A DNA stretch of 63,991 nucleotides, the filler included, from Basidioascus undulatus (taxonomy: Eukaryota): NCBI GenBank assembly GCA_000826855.1. It is 5 parts of 5 records of this genome, joined end to end, with 100 filler letters (N's around TTAATTAATTAA, not from the genome) between each part and the next. Parts side by side here need not be neighbours in the genome. Positions count along the whole stretch, not along the records: positions 51,717 to 63,991 come from JTLS01000927.1; 4 more parts are not named here. One strand, 5' to 3'. A program made the position numbers and the translations under genes. Shown in pieces: positions 52,294 to 63,991 of this stretch; position 1 is the first letter of the stretch, and each line of letters opens with the position of its first letter. Below the pieces are notes generated by a model. That model was not told the origin of the DNA. It ran no database searches and worked only from the letters and a program-made list of their open reading frames with translations.

Positions 52294-53700
52294 TTACAGT
52301 ACTGCTGCATGCGGTCCTCGCTTCATATCGCCGCTAGGCGCGTAGATGTAGTCGCCTCCTTTCTTGAGCGCCTACACCGGATTAAAAAGGCTGTTCTGAG
52401 CATAGCTGGAAGTGAGTACACATGAAAAGGCGGCTTACCGTTTGACAGGCCGGCCTGGCAGACGTGTGTGAGGTTAAACTTGCCCCACTCGAAAGGCCAT
52501 GGCTGCATCATGGTGCTTACCTTGCGTGGACCTTCTCCACAAACCCCTTGCTAACATCGTAAGGGACATCAGTCTTTCATGCGGCTGTACCGTAAACGAT
52601 CGCCTCCATTGTGCGAAGTCAGTCTGAGAGCATTGTGGACCAAGCGGTAGTCCCGAGAGGAATGCACATACCTCCGAAGGGAAGGACATCTGGAAGTCTG
52701 CGATTGTCGGTCCCCCGTCTTTGTGTCCATCAGGGAACCACCCGTATTCCTGCTTGGACAGATGCTCTTCGATCTGAAACGGGCGACAGTTGGTTCAGCA
52801 GTCAAGCCTCGTCAATGCCTAGAAAACAACGCACGAAGGCAAGGTTCTGGAGGGGAATGAAGTGGTGTGGCTCATTTAGCGAGCGGAAAGGGGGAAGAAA
52901 GTTGAATAGCTTTACCCTTTTTAAGCGGGGTTCTTTCCAATATTGTACAATGCCATTGGTAACGGCAGGCGCAAAAGGGCGCACGTCGAAGGCTAGGGGT
53001 ACAGGAACATCGTTCACTTTGATAATTGGCAGCTCATCAGTCCGTGCTGAAAATCAGGGTAGAAGAGATCTCTCACAGATGAACTTGTAACCCACCAGAG
53101 GCACTGTAATTGAGGCGTTAGTGCTCTGCATTGCAGGGCAGGAGGGTCCGCAAACCTACTGAAAGTTCTTGTGAGACTCAACCGCGTCGTCAGTTGTGAA
53201 ATGAGCCTCTTGTTCGTGGGTCACGGCAACTGCTTCGCAATAGTGTTTGGAATACAGCTCATCGACTCGCCTTGTTTGCTCTGGGGCTGGAAACGCCCTT
53301 CTCCAAACTTGTTGACGAGGTACTTTCGAGCCTGCAATGCTTTCCCAGTACTCGTCAGTGTCCTGACACTTAAGGTATGTCTCTTTGAAAATCTTGAAGA
53401 ATATGTTTCGGTCACATCGACAAAGTTCACGGACGAGTTTCACGGTCGTACGTGGCGGCGGCAAGGGCGATCGATCCCGTTGAGGCCCTGAGAATATTCA
53501 GCAATGACCGTCTCACTGGCCGTTTCACGTGAGTGACAGAGGAGTTGAAATCCAATGATACTTGTACAATTGGAAGATATACCTCTGAAAAACTTGCAGT
53601 CAGGGGAAAACGGGCCATGCGAAGTGACTACCCCGTTGAAACTGTGAGCCATTGAAATGTGAGCCGTGAGAAACCATGCTCTGATTGGGAAAGTCACCAT
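52294..53700 (-). pseudogene. Glutathione S-transferase (Gtt1-like) degenerate copy A; 5' boundary approximate
   Basis: KYLVNKFGEGRFQP, LAFDVRPFAPAVTNGIVQYWKEPRLKR, IEEHLSKQEYGWFPDGHKDGGPTIADFQMSFP, FVEKVHARPACQTALKKGGDYIYA. The N-terminal exons cannot be reconstructed intact. Confidence 0.7.
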
Positions 53701-54575
53701 GACAATAAGACACTCCAATTTCCTTCAATCCTGAGAGGACTGTGAGAATGGATCGAGGCGATCAACCAGCATCTGCAAATTTAAGGCAGGCAGGCAGCCT
53801 CGTGCACGCTGCTCTGGTCATCTAAGCGACCAAGCCTTTGAAGACAATATCTGGCAAGGCGGTGTTTTCACTGAGGGTATGGGCTCGGTGTTGTCTGATT
53901 CTTGGAGTCCATATGCCCACGGTGCGAGCTACACGTTGATTCACGACAGCGGCTGCGTGGGCGCCCGCGAGGTGTTCTGCTCAGGACTCTCTTGATTTCA
54001 TCTGTCTTCTTTGATACGTTTCAGTCCGCAGTTTTATACAGGCCTTCTACTAGACGACGGGTGCAATGTCCAGGTCAATCAGGCGGGCAATCAGGCTATC
54101 GCTATCGCTCTACTGCAGTGCCGCAAACGCCTGATTAGCAACTTGCAAACAACTTCATGACGTGAAAAAGCGCTAGTTTGACCTCGCCACATACACGCGT
54201 ACGGAGACTGAAATCCAGGCCAACCCATGCGATCGACATGATTCTGCGTTGAATGCGAACCTGCAATGCAATACTTGTACAACCAGTATCAACGCGATCA
54301 AGATGAGCGTGAAGCAGGTGAGAAAGAAGGAGATCTGGAGTGTGTGGTGGGTGAAAGAGGAAGGGAAGAGGAGTCCGAGCGGGTAAGGAAGAGGTGACGG
54401 TCAACAATGCGGTACAGCAGCGAGAGCGGGTGGTGCCAGGGTATCGTCTTGCAGCGCGAGATATGCGTGTTGGGTCGAGCAGAGGAACGGGTGTAGGCGA
54501 GAGCGCCTGAAGGACGTGCGGACGAGCGGCGGTGGAGGGAGGTGAGGGAGGGCAAGGAGGTCGGGGAGAGGGAGC

Positions 54576-56847
<2,272 letters not shown>

Positions 56848-57223
56848 GTTGGTCGATCTTCGCGGCTGGTCGAGGGGGGGTGATGGCGCGGGTCGGAGGG
56901 CAAGGCGGTGCCGGGCGGTGCAGGCGGAGGATGAGGGTGTGCAGGGGAGTATTGGTATGTTGATCCGAGACCTCCGGGCGTTGAAAAACGGTAGAGTAGA
57001 AGTGAGCGGGTGGCAGTGAGCTGGAGAAACAGCGGAGCGAGATGGCGGTCGGGAGCAAGGCAGTTGCACGACTCCACCGCCGCGCGCGCGTATCCTGAAC
57101 GCGCCGGCGATGCCTGCAGTCTCATGGAAGCCTCTCTTTCATTTGGCTGCACAGCCCAAGCTCTCCCTTTGCAATACGACCATACATTCAAAGCATAACG
57201 TTCTCCAAAACCGCACGCCCATC

Positions 57224-59459
57224 ATGATCACTGAGCTGCATACATGGCCCAATTGCCGATGAAGAACGCCAAGCACCTGGACGTTTCATCCGCTGTCCCT
57301 TGTACAAATAAGTGGGGGCGAGATAACAGTTGAGGTTCTGATTACTCTAAGGTAACCCCACGAAATTCAAATGTCCTTCCTTGGAGAACCAGTTCCGGGT
57401 GGTTGCCGGGGTATGGCAGTCGCTGCAAGCGCTGCCTGCTGTTGTCGACGCGTAGCTCGCAATGAGGGCACTCGAACTCTCAGGCCTGAGACGACACCAT
57501 TCTGGTACCATAATTAAGTATACTATTACTATTGTTAATCTGTGCCCCCTGAAATCAACAGAAAGCCCGGAATACGTTCCCTGCAACTGCAGTGTTGCTC
57601 CGTACTACAGCCACGCGGGCTGGGGGATTGTTACGTCTGGGGTTTCTACTCGCCACAGTACCGGCGATACTAAACCATTTAGTTATTAAGAGCCTTTAAA
57701 TACACAGAGGTTACCTCGCCATTGACTCTACCAGACGGTAAGCAAACGTGGAATGATCACCAGGTACGAGAACCTGCCGCTAGATGACCGACCGCAACCA
57801 AACAAGACAACTTCATGGAGACAACACAGTGATAAACTTGAGTCACTTATGCTCAAGGTGCAATTAGTTACCGAGAGAACAGTTACGTGGCTGCACTTCG
57901 CCGACAGGCTCGTGTTTGTGCTCAGGCTGGAGTGACATCGCTCCTCGCTGGCGCTTTCCACAGCCTGATGCTGTCTTTCAAACAAGACCAAGCTAAAATT
58001 GGCTCGGGAGAAAATCTTTCAATCTCGGCGTACACAATGCTTTGCTGCCACTCAGACTCTTGGTCGTAGCCAGGCAGCCTCGGTTTCTCCAACTTTCTCT
58101 CTTTTCGATCATCCCCAGCTCTCGTCCTCCGGGTTTTGCTCCTTGGAGTAACATGCAGTCTCATCAATGCTACCACTAAGAACCAGCTTGCTCCATGAGG
58201 TGCCTTGCTCCCATTTACGGTTTCCATTTGACGTTTGTACATTCCCTTGCCTGCTGAAGTGTCGCTGTCTTGGTTCTACAGAACATCGTCGCCTGGCTCT
58301 ATAAAGTAATAGTCACGTCTAACAGGGTCCCACATCATTCTCACTTCTCGAACGCATGTACATGTCGAGATTCACCACCGCACATCAATTGGAATGCCCG
58401 CCGGAGCTGCCGTGCGAGGAAGACCTTGGATTCTGAAACGTCGCAGTCCTCGGTGGTGAGTTTTTATAGCCCACTGCGTGACTTTGCAGAAGGTGACGAC
58501 CAGTATGTGGGGTGTACATTGATATCGACCTGTGATGTCTCCGCTCACAGCTTCGCTCCAGTCGTCTGACGAACGCCGGGTGGCCGGACAGGCTGGTAGT
58601 TGCTAACGGAGCATGCCTAATGGTCCTGGTTCGTGGTCCTTATAACAAGTAATCGCACCTGGAGCTGTCGTTTTCACAGTCATCTCCCACCTCCAACCCC
58701 TCTCGGTATACAAGTTAATTCATAATTAGTGCTTATATGCTTATCTGTATCCCCGCTGACAAAGTGAGTTACCTGCAGTGACCGAGGTTCCGACGCACCT
58801 CCCTTTCTACACGCGTCCCCTTGCGGCTGCTGTCACCAACGGCATCTTCAATTCTGGAACAACCCGCAACTGAAGAAGGTACTCTCAATCTTAATTCTTC
58901 CAGATCTCATACCGCCACTGGGACTTCATTGCAGAACCTCGCCTTCGTATGTGCCTTTCTCAAGATTGAGGAGGCCTGACTGCTGAACTGTCGGCAACGT
59001 CAGATCGAAGACCACTTGTCCAAGCAAGGGTCAGGGTGGTTCGCGGGTGGGGAAAAATACGGAGGACCTACAATGGCTGACTTTCAGATGTCCTTCGCTC
59101 TGGAGGTGTGTTTCACTGTTCTCGTTACGATTGTGCTCAGCCGGTGGCTGATCTAACTCCCCGTGCGATGGAGGTGCTCCTTTATGGGAAAGGCGCATGG
59201 AAGATCGATGCGCCTTGCTCTGCCAGAAAGCCCTTCGTGGAGAAGGTTCACGAAAGGTGAGCGTGCTCGACGCAGCCTTGGCCTTTTTGGGTCGCAAGCG
59301 AGTCTGACCTCTCGCACGTCTGCCAGACCGGCTTACCAAAGGGTGAGCTGCCTTTCAACATGTGAATCCCCCAATTTGGGCTGAATTGCTCTCTCTTAGT
59401 TTTACCCGCAGGCGCTCAAGAAAGGCGGCGAGTATGAGTACGCGGCTAAGCTGTGTTAG
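57224..59459 (+). pseudogene. Glutathione S-transferase (Gtt1-like) degenerate copy B; 5' boundary approximate
   Basis: LPFYTRPLAAAVTNGI/(frameshift)QFWNNPQLKK, IEDHLSKQGSGWFAGGEKYGGPTMADFQMSFALE, FVEKVHERPAYQRALKKGGEYEYAAKL. The 3' introns sit at the same positions as in copy A; the 5' half is heavily decayed. Confidence 0.75.
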
Positions 59460-59699
59460 AAAGCAACTCCGCTGCATGTCAACTGTGAAGCCAACAATTC
59501 CATTGCCGGTGCACCTCTACTCCATGCGGCTTCCAAGAGATTTGGTATTTCGTTCATGACCTCAGATTACCCTCAATCGCGTCAAGTCTATGAGACCGCA
59601 TGCTTGATGATCGCGACATTGGGAGTCCGCCGCAAGCACGGATGTAACAGATATGCAGGGCGATGTTGTCTATCATTCATCGTGCAATGATCTTTAAGA

Positions 59700-61020
59700 A
59701 GAATTAAGCTGTGTGATGAAGAACATACTTCCCAACAGCGCGAGGGTGGCCGATGATAACGTGTGTATCGCAGCCCGCATGGACACGCTGTGCGTTGTAT
59801 CGCCTAGTATCCATCGTCCCAACTGCGCTCGTACACAAAGTCCAGGAGATCCTCGAGGCAGATTGCGATCCCTTTGGCATCGACAAAAGTAAGATCTTGT
59901 GAAGCGCAAGCCAAAAGTAGATGAGTGATGTAGGTCGCCCCTCGAAGCGTTGAAGGTTCCGTGCCAACTCGCGGCGATGGGTGCGTCGATGGGCAGTCTG
60001 ACGCTGTAGTCTGGGCACACGGTCGCAATCGTGAGTCCGGACTTGGGTAGCCATGCGGAGGACGTCCCGCTCGATACAGGAGCTCTGTGCGTATAATGTG
60101 TTGATCGTTGGGTGGACGAGGGTGGAGATGCTCGTATGCAGGAAGCTGCTGGGCTGGAAAGTGAGAAGCGAGGGGCAAGACTCTGCCAGGCGAGCGACGG
60201 GCGCTCCTCAGTCGTCCTTCTGGTACCGACGGAGCGAGTGCAGAGAGTGCCCGAGAGCGAATACAGCAGCGTCCAGCGCCTCTGGCGTGGCTTCGGGCAG
60301 ATCGAGATTCAATACTCGAGCGCGGGCAAGTCAGAGCGCGCGAGCACGCGTAGCAGCTGGTCAGAAGCGGTGTACGGTTCCGCTTCGACCGCGAACCAGC
60401 AGCAGCGAGCGGAAGGGACGACGAGCGACCCGCGGCCGGTGTCGATCATGCCTTCATGGCACATGAAGATCATCTGCAAGACGGACAACGCCGAGAAGCG
60501 AGAAATGACGGGCGCGGCCGCGTTCGGGGAGCAGGACAGCCTGACGTAGAGCTTCTAAGGCTGGACCGATAAGGGCCCGAGGCAAGGACGGAGAGAAGCG
60601 AGAGGTCGATGGGAGCAGTGATGAGGAAGCTTTCGAGGCGCGTGAGCTACGGGAGGATTAGGTAGGAAGCGTTCGGGGAAGATTGCGTGTTCGACGTGCT
60701 CTGGCGAAGAGTCAGTGGCTAGCTCGAGGGAGCGAATGAGACGGGCGCGGGGGTCATCGCGTTCAGAGGCCTGGAGGCGACCGACTGAAGGAAGACCTCG
60801 TCAACGTTAGCGATGAAGTTCAGTAAAGCAAACCTGGAAGTCGGACATTGTGGTCCGCACATTCCAGCGCTTTGAAACGCGACTGACCGTATGGTTAGGA
60901 TTCGTACTGCTTGGAACGCAGGAAAGCAACGAGGGGTCATGGCTCTGGAAGAAAAGGGTGAAGACCCGAAAGAGCACTTCGTCGGAAAGCCGGGCGGTCA
61001 GGTCCCGTTGGCAAGCGGTA
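59700..61020 (-). pseudogene. Second F-box/LRR pseudogene
   Basis: RLSDEVLFRVF...SRVSKRWN|intron|SVASRPL, then LIRSLEL, LTRLESF, LPALEY*, LAESCPSLL and VHPTINTL with stops and frameshifts. Confidence 0.55.
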
Positions 61021-61767
61021 TCAGCCGAATATTTTATGGTATTTGGGACGGGACGCGTAAGGCAAAGTGAGCGGAAGGTGCCATTGATTCGGGGAGACGA
61101 GCAACGATGAGCGTCGAAGTAAGACGTTGAGAAGACGCGCCGCAGGTTCGCGCAAATCTGTTGGCTGCAGTTTCGCTTTCACGCTTGTTTGCTCAAATTT
61201 GACAACCTTGTAGATGTTTATTTTTCTATTACATATTCTCTGCAGCCTCGCCGCCTGACGCGAAGAAAGCAGAAGCGAGGGAGTGCATTCTGTACACCTC
61301 CTGAACGCGACAATTAAAAGACGCTCCACCAGCCCGCGTCCAGGCCAGGCCCCAGGCACGGCGGCCGCGCAATGACCCGGCCGGCAAAGACCGGCAGACG
61401 CGTCGATCGTGTGCGCTTTGGTTGGGGCGCCTTCCAGCTCGCTCGCCGGCGGCGGGGGCAGACACAACTCTGCAGTCTTTCCCCAGCCCCAATGCCTTGC
61501 CACTTCCGAATAGCCCCAGCTAATATCTGCCCATCGCCAACCCAACGAGAATAATAATCCAGTCCACACTCATTGCCACTTCAGCTTCCACGCTCTCTCA
61601 CTTTACCTCACACACTCCCCATCCCGAACACGGACAACGACGAGCACCGCCAGCTCTACTCTGCTATCTACCCCGTATTTTACAGCGAGCCCCGCACCCA
61701 CCCGACAATTCGTAGCGAACGTGTTCGTGCGACCCAACCGCTGCGTTGCAATCAGTGAGAATCACAA

Positions 61768-62620
61768 TGAGTGCCGCGACGATGCCTGGTCAGTCTTAGG
61801 TTCTTCCACCGCACGCGAGGGATAGGGTGGTCGCACGGGCAGCACGCTCTGTGCGTTCCTCTACGACTTTCTCTCCCTTCGCATTCCTCGTTCTACCGCA
61901 CTCCTCTCAGGCGGCGGCGCTCACACGACCAGTCACTCTCCCACAGCACCCACCCAGCGCACCTCCCACTCCTCCCCGAGCACCTCCCGCGCACCCTCCC
62001 CGCCCTCCCCAACCTCCTCCTACTCCTCCACGGGCCCCACATCCTCCAAACCGACCCTCACGCTGCGCGACATCCTCTCCGCTCGGCCCCTTCCCACCCG
62101 TTCCTCCCCTCTTAACCCGTCCCCCTCTCTCCCCTCTTCCCCTGAGTCCCAACGGGTGCGTCTTCCCAATTCCCCTACCATCTTGCTTTCCTCCAAGGCA
62201 AGAGACTGATCCTACCGAACTCACAGGCCCTCCTCCCCATCCCCGACCGCGGCCTGCCCAAGTCCCGGCCGCTCCGGCCCTTCGCGCCCGTGCGCGCGCA
62301 GAGCGAGCCCAAGCTCAAGCAGGGCGGGTTCAAGCTCGTGTGGAAGGGCGATGCCGGTCGCCCGCGCGAGTTTGCGCTCAACTTGTCCCAGGACGAGGTA
62401 CATTTCCCTTCCTTCGCCCTCCGTACTCCCAAATGTTGGGCTGTTGGCTGATGCACTGCGGAAACAGTTCGCGAGGAGGGGATGAGCACGTCACTTCACG
62501 TCTTCTGATTTTCTCGGTTTATATTTTCTTGGGTTTCCGTCGTCCTCCAATCTGTTGCTCGCATCGTCCCACCCATCCACCCACTGCATCATCCCATCCC
62601 ATCCACCTCTCACATTTGTA
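61768..62620 (+). CDS. Possible multi-exon hypothetical protein (boundaries uncertain)
   Basis: Ser/Pro/Thr-rich exon (...SSKPTLTLRDILSARPLPT), then ALLPIPDRGLPKSRPLRPF...GGFKLVWKGDAGRPREFALNLSQDE, separated by pyrimidine-rich intron-like tracts. GC3 bias. Confidence 0.4.
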
Positions 62621-63991
62621 GTCTTGAGTCTAGCACCGCAACCCCATCCGCCTACTTCTTGCCCGCACGTACACGTCCATGCCATGTCTGTACCCCTAGT
62701 TTCTTTTCCCCCTTATTGAGCGATCAGAAGGCCGTGGCGCTGAGCGCGGCCCTGTCTGCTTCATTTTATGCTACGCAGATACAGTCGCGTTGCTGTGCCA
62801 CGTCCTGCGAGTGCGAAGCGTGCAGGCTGTGAAAGTCGGTCGCTTCTTCGTTCGCAACGGTTGGCACACCCACTGGGTCGCCTCAGCGTGGTTGTTTGCG
62901 AGGCCGCCCTCAGCAATAATTTAGATTTTCGGATGGTCGAAGGCGCGGGCGAAGGCGCGGAGTACTCGCGCGATGAGGCGGTGCGGCGGCACGTTTATAC
63001 CCAGCTTCACAGTACGTCACCCTGGATGCGTTGATCCTCTGACTTCGACCCTCGGAGACATAAATGCGCCTTAACACCACGAGTCCGAGGGCGGCGGCAA
63101 CGCTGCCGGCGCAGCGCGAATCCTCCTCGCGGGTATTTGCAAGGCTTTCGCATTCGTGACATTCAGTCGGACGTGTAGTCGGACATCGACACTTTCACGA
63201 GCAACGTTCACACTCATGAGACTGGGCACAGCTACCTATAACGAGCCCCCATCCAGCTGGTTCCAACATTCGAACGGTCGACATGCCCCCGCCGCCTAGG
63301 AGCTAATAGCCGTGATTTCGCATCGCTCGGAGAGGGTGGACCCAGAAACTCAGAACTCCCGAACCTGCGTGTTCCCTTGCCTTGCGCCACCAGCCTGCCC
63401 ATCGACCCCAAGAAGTAACTTCGATAATGCCCGAGATTCACCCGCCGCCCGCGCCAGGCTCGGGAAATGCCCGAGTGGAGGAGGAAGGTATGGTTCGTCG
63501 CTATTTTAGCCAAGGAGGAACACGTTGGCTTCTCGGGGAAGAGCGGGTGCTCGTGAACAGTGGGGTCGCAGTATCGGAGGCTGATGGCTGAGGGAGTAGG
63601 GACGATCCCGCCGTGGGTGAAAGAAGCTGCTTTTGCTTTTGCGTTTATGGGATTCGGCGCGCTGTGGGACTAGACAGGTCGATTCAGATCACTTTCGCGC
63701 AATTGCTTGCAGGCCGCTGGAAAACTGCGAAGGGTCCTGACGTCGGCTGTGTTTTGAAAGGAGGCTGATTTTGGTGTGTGACGTCGCGATCTGTTTGCTT
63801 CAGGGCATGAAATCCACTCATATGGTCAACCTGTAAAAGGCGGGAGGAGGAGGAGGAGAACGAAGGGATTTGGCAGTGGCTTTTGTGAGCGCGGCGCGGA
63901 TTCCGCTGAGCTCAGGGCGCTCGCTCGCACTCGCTCGCCCTCGTCCAGCGCCCCTCTGCGCTCTCTCGACCTCGCGCAGTAGCCGCCCCTT

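Overview
GC-rich, intron-dense fungal DNA. The 5' splice sites are mostly GTGCGT/GTACGT/GTCCGT and the proteins look basidiomycete-like; a Pucciniomycotina yeast is my inference. The window is not one locus. It is five ~12.8-kb contigs joined by artificial N44-TTAATTAATTAA-N44 linkers, so adjacency across linkers is uninformative. Recognisable genes are IDH1, SFI1 (partial), RPB5, TFIIS/DST1, a hotdog thioesterase, SEC8 (partial), a spartin-like protein, a 2OG-Fe(II) oxygenase (partial), CTF4/MCL1, eIF4A, HEL2 (partial), the last exon of a ULP1-like protease, and VPS4. There are three intron-containing tRNA genes (two Pro-AGG, one Gly-GCC). Many apparently intergenic stretches are decayed genes: a thioesterase paralogue, a multi-BRCT gene, a chromodomain+C2H2-like gene, two F-box/LRR genes and two GSTs. 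Most worth a second look are a CpG-eroded tandem array of 18-bp palindromic units, a small protein with an unclassified 'PKQFGTGSLGW' domain, the heavy pseudogene load, and two tRNA-Pro genes lacking canonical G18. All calls come from manual reading and translation; no searches were run. I did not find a clearly demonstrable new multi-gene system.
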